A stretch of 63,893 nucleotides of DNA, filler included, from Hyphochytrium catenoides (Eukaryota; Protista; Hyphochytriomycota): assembly GCA_900088475.1 (NCBI GenBank). It is 12 parts of 12 records of this genome, joined end to end, with 100 filler letters (N's around TTAATTAATTAA, not from the genome) between each part and the next. Parts side by side here need not be neighbours in the genome. Positions count along the whole stretch, not along the records: positions 1 to 2,815 come from FLMG01004504.1; positions 2,916 to 12,995 come from FLMG01003827.1; positions 13,096 to 28,249 come from FLMG01001020.1; 9 more parts are not named here. One strand, written 5' to 3'. Under the pieces are notes generated by a model. The model was not told the DNA's origin. It saw only the letters and a list, made by a program, of their open reading frames with translations, and made no database searches. Numbering within the stretch: position 1 is the first letter of the stretch; the number at the start of each line of letters is the position of its first letter. Shown here piece after piece: positions 1 through 13,935 of this stretch. The translations under genes were made by a program, and so were the position numbers.

Positions 1-1257
1 AGAGAGAGAGAGAGAGAGAGAGAGAGTGAAAGAGAGAGAGTGTTGACTGTTGCAGATCAGGGGAATACTGAGACAATATAATATAGGTTCTCGCCTTTCT
101 TACAAACTTTCCTTTTGAGCCAGAAGGCCACTGCTGCCAATCAAGATCGAGACAACAAAGAGAGAGAGAGAGAGAGAGAGTCTAACTGCTCTTTTCTCCT
201 CAGACTCTGCCGTCTCATCATATCCCTCTTTTATCTCTCTTTCCCTGTCGTGTTGTTCGAAATCTTTGAGCTGTCAATGAAAAGACACTTAGGCGCCGAC
301 AAAGACATGCTAACGAACTTTCTTCTCTCTCTCTCTCTCTCTGTCCCTCTCTCTCTCATTGTCGGTCGTCACCGTTCTCTTCATTATTATCGCGCTTCCC
401 TTTTCCTGTTGAGTGTAAAACTCTTTGTCTTGGAGGTAGTGAGACATGCATGGGCAGGCGGTTGCGTCGTAGAAGTGAGAGAGAGAGTTGATGGGGAGAA
501 GAGAGAGAGAGAAAGAAACGTGACGGAAAGAAGAAAGAGAGACATGGAAAGAGAAACAGTGCTGCTCTTCTCTTCCTTTTCAGGGAAGCTCAGAGCTGTG
601 GCTGGACGAGTAGTGAAGGTCGACAGCAGTCTCTCTCTCCTTTCGTCTCTCTTACACTCTGTCTCCCCATTCTCTTCTCGCTTTCCGTCTTTCTCTCATC
701 TCATTCGTTTTGTTCTCCATTCTTTTGCCCCATTTCCTATGCCGAGGATGTGTGCAAAAGAGAAAAGAGAGAAGCTTACGTGGTGGTTGTCCGCAGGTGC
801 CTCTCTTCTTTGTTCCCTTCTCTCTCTCTCTTTCTCTCTCTCTCTCCCCTCTCTCCCTCTCTCTCCTTTTCCGAGTACCTTGCCCAAGCAGCTGCACCTC
901 TTGGTTAGATTTGTGGATGGCAACAGATGGCAAAGACAGAGAAACAGAGAGAGAGAGAAAGAGAGAGAGAGAGGGATGTTTCTGACATGCCAACCTGGGG
1001 ATCATCTCTCTCTCAACTCCTCGCTTGATTATTTCTCTTGTCTCTTGCTGTCTAGACTCCTAGCCAAACCTTTTTGGACGTAATCTCTCTCTTCTCTCTC
1101 TCTCTCTCTCTCTCTGTGTCGCCTCGTCTCGGTCTCTCTCTCTCTTTCTCTCCTGAATGTCCAATGGCAGATGAAGATAGAGTTACATTATTTCTCTCGC
1201 AGATTCGATCGTCGCGCCTCTGCAACTTTTCATGCCGCAAACCACGTGACGCGCTGT

Positions 1258-1310
<53 letters not shown>

Positions 1311-1318
1311 TCTCTCTC

Positions 1319-1349
<31 letters not shown>

Positions 1350-1650
1350 GTGCCTGATATCTCTTTCTTGTCGCTTTTCTCCCTATCTCGTGTCGAGTCT
1401 CTCTCTCTCTCTGTTTCTCTCTCTCTGTTTCTCTCCTCTCTCTCTCCTCTCTTTCTCTCTCTCTCTTGTCAATTTTCTCCCCAACTGTTTGTCTCTCTTC
1501 TAGGCTCTCTCTTTCTCTTTCTCTCTGTCCTTTGCCGTTTCTTTCTCTGTTCTTGTTCCCTCTTCCTCTCCTTCTCTGTATCCTTCTCCACTCTGTCTTC
1601 CCCTCTTTGTTCCTTGCTTCCCACCCACCTTGACGCTAAAAGACAAGGTT
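1..1650. repeat. (AG)n/(CT)n microsatellite-rich non-coding DNA, representative of introns and intergenic DNA throughout the window
   Basis: Directly visible long CT/AG dinucleotide runs; ORFs here translate to (SL)n or (ER)n. Confidence 0.95.
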
Positions 1651-2815
1651 AAGATGCCTAACTTTCACTGCCCTAATGCACCATCAGCATCACCGGCATT
1701 TCAATTTCCGGGGATGGGTGGGCTACTCTGAGGACACTGGACGCCACCAGCTACCTAAACTGACTATCCCCAACCCCCGTCACCTGGACACATGAGTTCT
1801 GGAGTCTCCCCCTTCTGAGTAGGCCGTTATAAGCTCTCATGGGGGGTGGAGCTGTATCCAGAGGGGGTAAAAAGTGAGGGGCCTTCACCGACGTCAAAGC
1901 CTTCTTATTATAGAGGAAAACAGAGTGCAGATGTAGGTCGTTCTAGATTTATTGTCCATTTAGCTCAATAGTAGCCTCATCTCTTGAGTATTAACTATGG
2001 ACAACTCCTAGTTTCTCAAGTTGTTCTATTTCCCCTAAGATTTCTAGCAGAACGTTTTAGGTTTCACCGACTCAGAGTCCCAGTTCCTAAGTTGTAACGC
2101 TCAACCCTTCTTATTTGGGGGTGACCCCGCTACCAAGGTAGCGGGCGCTAATGTTCAAGAGGTTTGGCTGTTTTGGGATAGTTTTGTCCCAGGCATTACG
2201 GGGAAACACCCTTCTTGTTAGTGAAAGGAAACTTTGCGATAAAATAAACTTCAAGATGGAGAAATACAAGGAGAGGTATCAACAAATAGGAAACCAACGT
2301 TGGAAATATATAGTTTGCAATATTTCCTATCTTCAACATACCCCCTACTTTCCCCCTATTTCAAGAGCTATTGCTAGGGGTAGGAAGCTTGGTGACTAGA
2401 TGTCCCACCCGTCCTAAATCGTTCTATTTGACCATAGAGTTGTCCATACTTGGAGTGACGAGAGGTCCATCTTTCGCTTCATATCCCTAGGATATTTCAC
2501 AATACATCGCTCCTAAAGCGCTACCTACCCACCTTTGGCGGAATACCTTCCGGTGACAGCATCACAAAGTAACACAATCCTGACCAGCCCGCGGACTTCG
2601 TATGGTAATCCCACGGCTATCCTCAAATTCTATAATAGATCTTCGGGACTTGGAGACAGAGGCCGACATTCGAAAGACAGAGTGTAAATTGAGATGTACC
2701 TCAAGCTCTGGTTTTTATATCTCAGAAATCAATGCGAGTTTGTAGGTAGACGAGACCAAAAAATCAGGAGATATGGGAAGTGAGCAAACACATAAGTCTA
2801 TCTGTCAACCCCCCA
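1651..2815. pseudogene. Microsatellite-free, apparently decayed coding-like or repeat-derived block of unknown family
   Basis: Abrupt compositional switch; rich in CTA/TAG; only short ORFs (2151-2399); no domain recognised. Confidence 0.3.
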
Positions 2816-2915
2816 NNNNNNNNNNNNNNNNNNNNNNNNNNNNNNNNNNNNNNNNNNNNTTAATTAATTAANNNNNNNNNNNNNNNNNNNNNNNNNNNNN
2901 NNNNNNNNNNNNNNN
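2816..2915. other. Artificial contig spacer (N44-TTAATTAATTAA-N44), first of 11
   Basis: The same 100-bp spacer, with stops in all six frames, recurs at 12996-13095, 28250-28349, 33138-33237, 34497-34596, 38909-39008, 40802-40901, 42775-42874, 52438-52537, 60987-61086 and 62647-62746. Confidence 0.97.
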
Positions 2916-3166
2916 CTCTCTCTGTCTCCTGAAACTTCGTCGTAGCTTTGAAGTCAACTGCAGAGTGATGATAAACTTGGAGAGCGGAAATAGAAGAGAC
3001 GAGATCTCGTGTCGATTGAGCAGAAGAAGAAGTGGCAGACAGCTTCAGCTCTGAGAGACACAGAGAGTGCTGGGAAAGAGAAGAACAGAGAGAGAGAGAG
3101 AGAGGGTGAGGCAGAAATGGCGACAGAGAGAAAGAGGCTAGAGCGCACGCCAGCAGAGAGAGAACC

Positions 3167-3255
<89 letters not shown>

Positions 3256-3473
3256 AAGGAGAACAGGCTTTCAGCACAAAGATCTTTGTAACGACATCAG
3301 AAAACATCTTGCAAAATTGTATTCATTTCAGGTCAGTATTATTTCATATTTACAATCTATATTACACCAAATTGCCGAAAGATTCATTCTGTTGGATGCC
3401 TGTAAACTTCACGCTCTACATTGCACTCTGTTGGCACCGCGATGAGAATGAGAAAAGTACAGCCACAATCCTC

Positions 3474-5394
3474 CTAAGAGAAAGACATCAACTCCTTCGT
3501 GATCACAGCGTTCATCTCGGAGCTGCTTGATGTCGCAGTGGAAGACGAAAGAGAGGAGCGTAAGACACTCTCCCTCTCAGGCACGCTCAACGCAGCTCTA
3601 GGCAATAGACCAGAAAGCCTGCCTGACATCCTCCCCGACGATGGCGGCGATGGAGTCAATCCATCTCGCTCTCTTTGTTCTGCCTTCAGTTTGGCTTCAA
3701 TGTCCCTTTTAACAATAGTTTGGATGAGCTGGAACATATTGATCGGAGCAGATATGGCCAAGCTTTTCAAAAGAGAGCCGGGGAGATGCCCCTTGAGGTC
3801 AATCCAGGAGCATAACGTCAGCTCGCACTTGTCTGCAGGCAGAGTGAAGGGCTAGTGAGGCGATGATTCATGGCGATGGCCAAGTAGTGGGATGGCTTAG
3901 GTTTAAAGAACCAGGGAGCAAGGAAGCAAAATGAGAAAAGAGAAAGAGAGAGAAAGAGAAGTGGACAAGAGAGAAAAACCAAAACGCAGCAGCAACAGCA
4001 ACTAGGATCTAAAGAGACAAGAGGACAACCGTACCTGGGGCAATTTGCTTAATAATATACCCGGAGAGCAGAAGATCTCCTCTGACATAGGACGGAAATG
4101 GTGGAAAATCCTCGTGCTCCATGGAGAAGGAGCAGATCACTGTGTGACCGGAGGAATGCCGCCGCTGGCTCACCAACACGACAAAATCTCTCGCTGTCGT
4201 CGGCCAAACAGCCTTGTATTTGACATACCGGAGCTCTTTTCTCGTGTCAACATTGACGCCGTCCCACATCTTGCTAATCAAGCTGTAAAAGTTACGGCAG
4301 AAAGATGTCAGGTATGCCACTTTGAGTGCTGCCTAGCCAACTACGCAGACTTACTGGCAAGAGTCGGCCATGTCGTCATACTCTGAGTTCCGCTCGCCTG
4401 CGAAAAGCAGGTTGGCGATGACCTCCTCCGTGCCTTCAATGATCGAACGCGCCTGTTTTGTTGTCGCGGGGTTGGAAACAATCGTTAGCAGACGTGACCA
4501 GGGAAGACGGAAAGAAGAAAGTTAAGCCCGACTTGTGCCAGTGAGGGTACGACTTGTGCCAGTGAGGGTACCACTGTGGGGAGGGCAAAGACTATGAGAC
4601 TCAGCGTAAGAGGAGAAAGTGCGAGGGATGGAGAGGGAGGGAAGGGCAGCCAAACGGGGCTTACCTTCAAGAGACCCCAGCTACTGCCTTCAACATTTCC
4701 TCCCCAGACAGTGATCCCTTTTGCCTCTTTGCCCAGATAAAACTCAACCTTTCTGCCATGCACAATGCCCTCGGTTGTACTCTCTCCCAGCTCATAAAGC
4801 TGGTTTAGGTTCTTCATGACCGTCTCTTCGTACAGAGGAAAAGGGGAGAAGGTAGAAATGGATGGTTCTGCGCTATCCCGAGGCGAGCTTGGTCTTGATG
4901 GCGATGAAGATGGGCTCTGTCATTGTCCAAGATACAAAGGCATTCCGTGAAAGACGGAGAAAGGACCAGAGAGGAAAGACACCATCAGTCAAAACCTCAT
5001 TGTCCAATGCATGGAAATGGTGATGCTCCTTTCCCTTCCCCTCACCTGATAACTCTTTCCTAAGGGAGATCCAGCTCCTACGCTTTCATGTGGAGACTCA
5101 CTGCATACATATCGCAGAGGGTCAGAGACAAGGATGACAAGGCGCCGGAAGAGAAACGAGCAATCTAGTGGGAGAAAGAGCGAGAAAAGGAGAGACAAGT
5201 GGGAGCGAGAAAGACAGAGAAACAGAGCATCCGAGGGAGGCCAGATTGACAGGACATGCAACCTCAGCATGTGAGTGAAGAAGATAGCAAGATAAGCAAT
5301 CATGGGTAGAAAGACGGTGCTACCTTGATGGTTTGCTCCCTCCTAAACCAAAAAGACTCAGGCTCCTACTGTCGCTTCTAAAGTGCCTGAACAT
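3474..5394 (-). CDS. START (lipid/sterol-binding) domain protein, 6 coding exons
   Basis: GT-AG spliced exons join in phase: MFRHFRSDSRS..|..SESPHES..|..GITVWGGNVEGSSWGLLK|ARSIIEG..YDDMADSC|..RYVKYKAVWPTTARDFVVLV..SMEHEDFPP..YVRGDLLLSGYIIK|DKCELT..IDLKGHLP..; the WP..RDF, VRG, SGY and DxKGxLP motifs are typical of START domains. The start codon is inferred. Confidence 0.85.
4530..4571. repeat. Perfect 21-bp tandem duplication in an intron
   Basis: GACTTGTGCCAGTGAGGGTAC x2. Confidence 0.9.
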
Positions 5395-7003
5395 TGTACT
5401 GGAGATGACGCTGCAGCTAGCCAGGAAGAGACAGGAGCCAGTGACGAAGACTAGAGAAAGATCCTCCTCTGGCAATCCTCGCACTAGCGCGGAGAGAGAT
5501 TCCTTCGTATCGCAGTGAACGCCAGAGAAGATGGGATCGTAGAACGGAGAGAGAGAGAGACGCGGAGAGGTTGATGATGAGCTTCAGGACAATGCGAAGT
5601 AGTCAATGAAAATTCCTCTATAAGGGTTAAGGATGTGTTACCATCATGGCAAATAAGACTTTGAGCTCGACAGACGGCTTCACAACTGGTCGGGAGGAAG
5701 GCAAGTACCAGTGGATAACAGCTCCCTTTCGTCCCTTCTGTCAGTCCTCACTTTGCATGAATCTTTTCCTTACCACTCTCCTTTCTCTGCTCTATTGTTG
5801 ACGCCTTCATTCCCAGAACGAGGCTGTTCTGTCGACTAAGGAAGAAGGAAGACAGAGAGAAGAGGAAGAAGAAAGTGGCGCGGAGCAGCAGCAGCAGTGA
5901 CTGTTCTCTGCTGGAGTGTCAGCGGTAGGATGATGAGCTTCAAAGACAGAAAGTGCGACAGACATTAGATCAGAACAGAGAGACATAAAATCATATGAAA
6001 GAGAGATGTGAAAGATGGTAGAGGAAAACTCAAAGGAGGTACATAGGATGGTACGGAGGAGAGATAAAGTCTCAAGACAGAGTGAATCAAAGAAAGAAGA
6101 CAGATTCGAGACAGAAGCAGAGGCATGGCGAGACAGAGCGCAGTCGAACAGCAGCGAAGAGTGAGAAGCGCCTCAAAGATAAAGTTTCTTGTCTCTCCGG
6201 AATATGATAAGGGCAATAGAGTCTCAGCTCATAGCATAATATTACAATGGGCGGAATACTATTAGATGAGCCGCTGGATTGATGATCACTGTCAACACTG
6301 CCCCCTCTCCTCTCTGGTCCTTGCAGCTGTTCTGCAACCTTCGCATAAATTTGACAGCAGTAACCTGGCATTGTCTTGGTGTATAAACATCTGTCAAAGT
6401 AAGATTTAGCTTTATTGACCAACCCTATGTTTTGACAATGCATTGGAGGCGTTGTTGTCAATTTTGTATAGAATTGTCCATTTTGGCAGATTTTCAAATA
6501 TGGCAGAGTGCTTTGCCACCAACATTCTGGTCGACCCATTTGCTCCTCTCTTCTTCTCATGAACTTTCCGTGTGATGTCACCATCACTCCTCAACGCTTC
6601 AAACTCGTAATATTTCGATGTCCAAAGCGTTGCTATCAAAAAATACGGCCAGTGGCAGAAAAAGGAATTTTCCAACTGGGAAGTTTGTAATATACGGTTC
6701 TGGAGTTCTCTATTAACACTTTAGAAACGGATAATCATGCATTACATTCTCCAGATCTCCTCCTGGTGTTGCGAAGAAGCTGCTGGCAACTTCCAGAATT
6801 GCGGTCCAGAACTGCTGTGGAGATTCGCATTTCCGCAGCTTCAGATTTCTTGGTGAAGCTTCAAAATCCACTACTCTCCTGCTATTATTAGAGATATTGG
6901 ATGTGCTCAAATGGCTGACTCCTGAACCTAGCTGCTATTATCTCCGGAATGCTGGAGGAATGACGGTCGGAACCTCAGTACCACAGCGGCGGCAGGCATA
7001 AAT

Positions 7004-8349
7004 ATGTCAGAGCCCGCGGCTGCGGCAGCTCCTGCCTTTTCCATTGCCGACATCTTGGAAGGGGACGATGACGCATACGCTATCTCTCCTATAGTAGATG
7101 ACCTTAATGGCAAGCTCGGAGCTCCAGTTACTCCGGATGTAGGCTTTGAGATATCCAAACCTGTTGGGCAGACACCGCTTTGCCTCCCTGAAAAAGGAAG
7201 AGAAGACGGTGAGGAAGAGGAAGAGGGAGAGATAGGTGGAGATGGAGATAATGCTCTCATCAAGAAGAGAAGAGGGCAGGAAGGGCGAGCTCTTCCCTGC
7301 CCTCCGTCAAACCTGGCCGCAGAGATTGCGATAATGGGTACTCTCCAGACGCCGCGTTATTCCGCCAAAAACTCATCTGATAGACAAAAGACCAAGCGCA
7401 AACTTAAAAACGCACAGAAGAAGAAGCTTGCTCAACAGAAGGTAGTGTGTGTTGCTTTGTTTAAATTTTCTCCCTCTTCCCTCCTCTTCTCTCTCTCCTG
7501 CTAACTCTACCTACTTCTATGTCGCTATGCTCGTTCTCCATCCCTCTTATGGACGGCCTGACAGGCTGTCGCGGATATATGTGAAGCTTTGGGCGAACAG
7601 AAAAGTCGACTTATGACTCGAACGGTCGCTGCCCTGGGAGTCAAGAAGGCAAAGGATCTTATGCGTGAAGTGCTGAAAATTGAGGAAGGAGGTGGACTTA
7701 CCACCGCAGAAGGGAATCGGAGAAGAACGCCAGGAGGCGTGTTCTTCTATCTTCTTAAGCAGTAAGAGCAACGCCGTACCTAGCCAGTTTTTCTGCTCTT
7801 CTGTTTTAGGTTTTCTCTATCTATCTCTACATTTATTGTCTGTGCCTCTCTGTATCGATGTTTTTCTTGTCAACCTCTATTCTAATTGTCAGCGCCGCAA
7901 TCCCTGCGCCTTCGTCATTAGTGTTCGGGCCCTTCTCGCGGGGCTGGTTCTAACACATATCTATATCTATATATATGCATCTAGTCAACATCTCCCTATC
8001 TCTTTCTCTCCCTTCCTGTCGGACATTCAATGCTCCGTGGCTACTTCCGCTTTGCCTAGCTTTTGTTTTCCTGCCTAACTCTCTCTCTTTATTTTAACTT
8101 AAAAGGCGCCTTCCCAAGGAGAAGCTGCGCGATATTTTTGCAGAAGAAACCGCCTTGAAGAAGCTGTCTAAGAAGAGAAAGAGAAATGCGAACAAGAAAC
8201 AAGAAGACGAAAAGGAGAATCCTCGGTTTAGGCAGGAAAGGGACGAAGAGTCTATGGAGGAAGAAGAAGACGGAGAAGACTGGCGGGACGATGCGTTGGA
8301 TCCTATAGAGAAGATGGACCTTAGTTCTGATGAAGAGGGAGAAGCATAA
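7004..8349 (+). CDS. PHAX: Phosphorylated adaptor for RNA export (PHAX) family protein, 3 exons
   Basis: Exons 7004-7441, 7565-7761 and 8106-8349 join in frame; exon 2 reads AVADICEALGEQKSRLMTRTVAALG..IEEGGGLTTAEGNRRRTPGGVFFYLLK, the RRTPGGVF signature of the PHAX RNA-binding domain, followed by ..DIF.EE. Confidence 0.92.
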
Positions 8350-9273
8350 CCTACCCTTTAGTCTAGCAGTGGAATAGAGAGCAAAGAGGGAGAAAGCTCA
8401 ATATTGTGTGCGTGTATCCGAGAGGAGAGGAGAAGGTTAGCGAATAGACGAGAGCTTGTCTCCCCTTGATGCTCCGTGCAACACCTCTCTCTCTCTCTCT
8501 CTATGTAGATGATTCGGAGAGGATAATAGGGGCACCAAGCTGCAAGAAAAGATCGTGGCGATGCAGAAACTGGTAAAGGGACAAAGAGAGAGAGTGAAGA
8601 GAACAAGCGATGGAAAAAGAAAGTTTCTCTTCACTCTCTTCTTCTCTACCGCTCACATAACGGCATGTAAATTATCCAGAGAAGTGTTCTCTCTTTAAAG
8701 ACTAGCTGACACATCAAGAAAAAATGGCAGGACGAAGATGACCATGATTAGAGAGACAGAGAGAGAGAGAGAGTATACAAAGGTAAGACAATGGCCCTAA
8801 GCCTATGCAGTTATACCATGGCAGTTCTTCCAGAGAAGCGAGACACAAATGTGGCGAAAGAGGAGATGGCGAGATAGGGAGAGAGAGAGAAAAGACGATA
8901 GACAAGTGAAAGGAGGGAGAGATATTGAGGTTAGTACAGAACGAGGGAGAGAGAGAGTTGCGATCAGATCAGAGCAGATTGCTTTCGGCATATCGTCAAT
9001 GGTTCAATGGGAGAGAGGAGGCACAGACAGAAAGAAAGGACCACGGTCCTGGAGAAGTAGGGCAGAGAGAGAGTAGGGGTGAACAAATAAGAGAGAGAGA
9101 GTGAGGCGCGACGGCGCGATAAATAGTCAGATTATCTTATAGTCAAACTCAAGGCTGTGCTGCTTCTGTCACATCCTTCTTTAGGTCTGGCCTCACTCAT
9201 ATCACAAGCTCTCTCTCTTTGTCGAGAGACAGCGCACGGGGAAGAGACAGAGGAGAGAGAGAAGGAGAGAGTT

Positions 9274-10411
9274 CTACTTTTTCTTAGCTTTTCCTTTTTT
9301 CTTTCCTTTCTTTGCTGCAGCGAGCTCATGCGGCGTGGCATTGATGACGCCGGTCCGCCAGTGCTCTCTGTCAGCTCTGAAGTCAAGCATATCACTCGGC
9401 TCCACGTGCGACTTCCTGGGAAAGAGAGAGAGAGAGAGAGACAAAGAATAAAGAGAAAGAATTGTGAGCCAGAAGACCGCGCGGAAAGAACGAAGAAAGA
9501 AGGAGGAAAGACTATCGAGAGGGAGGGAGAGCGAATAAAATGAAGACAGACAATCCGTATAACGAGCAAGGAGAGGGAGAGAGAGAGAGAGTGAGAGGGT
9601 AAGAGAGAAGAAGAAACCCCGCCGGCAGAGAGAAGGAACAACGAGAGTAAGGGACAGTTGGATAGGCGACAAAGAAACGCAAGCTTTTTTTCCAAGAAGT
9701 GGGCGAGAGCTCGCAAGTGAGAGAGCGCAAGAGACAGACACAGACAAAAAGGGGAAAGAGATAGACAAAAAGAGAGAGAAAGCGCGCCGTAGAAAGTGCT
9801 GTGACCTGTGTCTCCTGGGCTTGGTCCTAATAACATCGATATTGCATTTGACCACTCTGGCTCGCGGGTGGAAGGGAGGCAGACAGCGCTGTAGCGTTCT
9901 CTCCGCCTTTTTTGCAAAAAAAACGGCATCTTCTTGTCTTCCTCTAAGATAAAGACAGCAGGAGAGATTGTTCCATACCAGCGCCGTATCCGGGTGGTCA
10001 CCCAGCTGACGCTCGCGGATGAACTGAAGAAGGAGAGAGCACAAGAGATTAAGAGAGAAACAGAAGGCAAAAGAGACAGAGAGAGACAGAGAGATTGAGA
10101 AACAGAGAGGGAGAGAGACAGAAAGGAGAGAGAGAAAAAGAGTGAAAGGAGAGAGAAAAGTCGTTCAAGAGATTCGAGAGTATGAATGTTAATGATAATT
10201 GAGCGCATGTCTGCACCTGTGCTTTTCTCAGGCATTTGATGGCAAGTTTCTCTCTTCCTCTGTAGAAAGAGAGAGAGGCTAGCGCTGTGTAGGCCAGAGC
10301 GCCTCTCGCGTCGTAAATATCTAAGAAATCCTGAACGACATCGCGTGCTTTCTGCCAAAGAGGGAGAAGGGTCATAGATGGATGGCGGGCAGGAGAGAGA
10401 GAAAGAGAGGA

Positions 10412-10453
<42 letters not shown>

Positions 10454-12666
10454 AAAAGGAGAGAGAGAAAGAAAAAGGAGAGAGAGAAAGAAAAAGGAGA
10501 GAGAGAAAGAAAAAGGAGAGAGAGAAAGCAAAAGGAGAGAGGGAGAGAGGGAGCGAAAGGATAGAGTAGACGAGCGACACAGAGAGCCAGAGAGAGGAGA
10601 AAGGGTCAAAAGAAGGGAAAGATAGAGACAGGAGAAAGGAAAGAGTGAAGGCAACCAACAATGAAGAGCTTGAAAGCAGAAAGATCCTCTCCGGCGCTCT
10701 CATGTATGGAACCTCCCGTGAAGAGAAAGGAGAACTGCTGATCCGGCGCCAGCTTGGACCTAAAGGGGAGATAAGCGGAAGAAAAGGAGAGAGAGAGAGA
10801 GGAGGAGAGAGAGGAGAGAGAGAGAGAGAGAGAGAGAGAATAGGGAAGGAGAGAGAGGGCCGGCCGAGATGGACGCAAGATGGAGAGGCATAGAGATCGG
10901 GAAGAGACATAGAGAACAGAGCGCAAAGTGAAGGTGAGACGATTGAGAAAGAATAAGAGACGGCCATTGGAGAGATTTCGAAGCTTTGAGCAGTTGCACG
11001 AGAGAAGCACGAGAGGAAAGCCGCTGAGAGAAGGGAGAGAGAAAGATAAACAAGCAAACAGAGAGAGAGAGAGAGAAAGAGAAAAGGGAAGGGAGAGAGC
11101 TCGTAGCGCCGGCCCCTCAGACGTGAAGTTTACACGCGAGCCAAGGAGAGGAAAGCAGAGAGAGAGAGGAATCCAACGTCAACATCCGACCGGTGGTAAA
11201 GGGAAGATTGAGTAGCTCTTACTCTGTCTTTTCCCAGCTCTCCTGCGCCTGGCGGAGAAACTCTTGAGCAGCCTGGAGAAGCGAAGGGAGAGAGATGAGA
11301 GAGAGAAACAAGCAGCGGAAGAGAATGAGAAAGAAAGGAAAAAGAAGAAGTATGAAAGGTGAAACGCCCTTTAGAGACACAGAGCTTGCCTGTAAAATCA
11401 ACTAACAATACAACGAAAAGACGAAGATCGAGAGAGAAAGAGACACAGACAGACAGACAGAGATCTGTTTTACAGAGAGAGAGACAAGTGGCAACAAGAG
11501 AGAGAGAGAGAGAAACGACAAAGGGAGAAGGCACTGTCTGCCAAAGACACCAGAAAGTGATGGAGGCCAAGAGTAGCTATGAAGAGACTTTTTGGGGGAG
11601 AGAGAGCAGACTGAAAAGAGAAGCGGGAAGAAAGAACATCGAGACAAGGGCGACCAGATGCGACAAGACAAAGGAAAGAGAGATTCCACATGCCAAGGGA
11701 GAGAAGGAAAGAGAAAGCGAGACAATATAGAGAAAATTGGAAAGGACGGACAGGAACAGGAAAAAAGGTAGGAGAGAGAGAAAAAGAGGAAAAGAGAGGA
11801 GTAGAAGAAATGGGGAAAAGGGCTTGAGAGAGAGAGAGGAGAGAAGGGGAGATGGACTTGGAGAGGAAGAGAAAGAGAGACAAGAGGGAGGAAGAAGCCA
11901 GGGCATGAAGAAATGAAAGAGAGAAAGAGAGAGATACAGAGAAGACGAGAGAGGGAGAGAAAACGAGAGAGAGTGAGGAGAGAGAGAGAGAAATGAGAGG
12001 TAATAGAACATCAGAGAGAGAGAACACGAGAAGCGAGAGACAGGACGGGGGAGAGAGAGGCGGAGGGAATGGAAACGGACACTGACATGGTATTGGGATC
12101 TGTTCCACGCCGCCAGAGCTGCTTCGATGGTGGTTGCCACAGAGAGAGGGCAAGGGGGAGGAGAGCAGTTCTCCCGAAGGAGGATCAACTCTGGCTTCTC
12201 AAGATTGGACTGAAAGAGAGAGAATAGGTCAGAGGAAAGAGGAGAGAGGAGAGAGAGAGGAAGACGAGGGAAGGCGAGTAAAGAGAGAGAGAGAGCGCCG
12301 AGAGACGAGAGAGAGAGAAGAAGAGAGAGAGAGAGAGAAAAGAGAGATGGATGGGATCGGCGAGGGCCGAAAGAGATAATTAGATGAAGAGAGAAAGAGA
12401 GGTGTCTTCATCATCTAACCTCTTCTCCCACTTCTTCCTTCTCTTCCTCTCTGTCTTCTGTCTCCTCCTCCACCTCCTCATCTAACGCATCCATTAGCTT
12501 CCTGAGTTGTTCCTCTTCTTCTCCTTCCTCTCCGACTACTCGCCCTCGTAGATCCTCTTCTCTCTCCTGTTTCTCTCTCTCTCCAAGGAGAGACGTAGCG
12601 GAGGGAGGTCGCGCGGTGGAAGAGCTCCGAATAGAGGACTGCTTTTTTATCAAGCCGCCAGTTACT
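9274..12666 (-). CDS. Tetratricopeptide-repeat protein (kinesin-light-chain-like TPRs), 5' end incomplete
   Basis: Spliced exons include IEAALAAWNRSQYH|AAQEFLRQAQESW..|..GSIHESAGEDLSAF..|..ALAYTALASLSFYRG..AIKCLRKAQ|FIRERQLGDHPDTALVWNNLSCCLYLRG..AERTLQRCLPPFHPR; Lys-rich tail ends in TAG at 9274. Confidence 0.8.
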
Positions 12667-13095
12667 ACAGCCCAAGATGGAGAGAGAGAGAGAGAGAGAG
12701 GAAGAGAGAGACAACGAGAACGAGGAGCGGAAAAGATAGAGAAGAGAAAGCGGCGTTACCTCCAGGATAGAATGTTGAGAAGGAGGAGAAACCATAACGA
12801 AGGCGTATAAGCATTGTAAAGGAGAGAGAAAAGTGAGAGAAAAAGAAAGGAAGAGAGAGAGAAAAAGAAGTATAAGGAGCAGCATAACGTAGGCGGTAAA
12901 GAGAGGAGGAAGAGAGAGAGCAAGCACGATGAGAACAGATGCCAGCAAAAGAAGAAGGCACAAAGAGCAAGGACTACACATAGAGACAGCATATGNNNNN
13001 NNNNNNNNNNNNNNNNNNNNNNNNNNNNNNNNNNNNNNNTTAATTAATTAANNNNNNNNNNNNNNNNNNNNNNNNNNNNNNNNNNNNNNNNNNNN

Positions 13096-13206
13096 ACGGC
13101 TCTTCCCACTATAAATCAGGTGGACCTGAAGGCAGTCACTGGCCTTGTGAGTCCAAAGAGCCCGATAGCTCTCCTCCAAGACGCCTTCGCAGATACGGAC
13201 GAGTGA
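13096..13206 (+). CDS. 3' end of an unidentified gene at a contig edge
   Basis: Open frame TALPTINQVDLKAVTGLVSPKSPIALLQDAFADTDE followed by TGA (or a splice donor); non-repetitive composition. Confidence 0.35.
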   Translation, partial: TALPTINQVDLKAVTGLVSPKSPIALLQDAFADTDE

Positions 13207-13482
13207 GAGTCTCTCTCTCCGCCGTCTCTTCCTCTCTCTTTTTCTTCTTTCATTGTTTATGATGTCACCTCTCTCTCTCTCTCTCTTCGGTTCTCTCTCT
13301 TTACTTGAGAGTATGGCTCTTCTTAGAGGGAGACGTTCCCTTTCTCTTCCTTGTCCTCCACGTTACGATAGTAATGCCAAGGGCGGACTGACATAATGGA
13401 CAGCGCGAGAGAGGATAAGAGAGAGAGAGTGGAAAAGAGAGAGAGACTGAGGTAAGATCAAGGTAACAGATGTGAAGAGAGG

Positions 13483-13533
<51 letters not shown>

Positions 13534-13935
13534 GGAGGAGAAAAAGCGATCACTCGCTGCTTACTGCTAGATATCAGGCGCCTGTAGTCTAGAAGACAAC
13601 AAAGAAGAGAGAGAGACGGGCAGGGATCATCTCTCCTGGCCCCTAAATTATTATTAACCTATAAACCCTCGCTCTGTCTCATCAACGAAGAGCTAGTTAG
13701 CTCCTGGTCGTAGCCCATCACTAGGAAGGCAGAGAAGGGAGAGAAAAAGAGAGCGTAAGAAGAGAGAAAGAGAAAGAGAGAGAGCGAAAAGCGATGGGGA
13801 GCATAGCGGAGGAAGAGGTTAATGGGTTCAATGCCAGGAAAGGAGCGCTGTACATTTATCCCTCTTCTCTCCCCTCCCCAGCCGCGACCTGGGCAGCAGG
13901 AAGATAACGAACAAAGAGAGAGAAGGAGAGAGAGA

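Noticed and set aside
115-1652. Long ORFs such as 115-1083, 9132-11057, 24998-25933 and 26656-27594
   Set aside because: (SL)n/(ER)n translations of microsatellites, which lack stop codons by composition.
6087-7263. Minus-strand ORFs 6087-6587, 6412-6675, 6713-6910 and 6928-7263 as genes
   Set aside because: No recognisable domains; they lie in the divergent START/PHAX intergenic region or antisense to PHAX exon 1.
9780-9810. GC donor (CG|GCGCGC) in the TPR gene
   Set aside because: A canonical GT donor (CAC AG|GTCACA) in the same phase lies just upstream.
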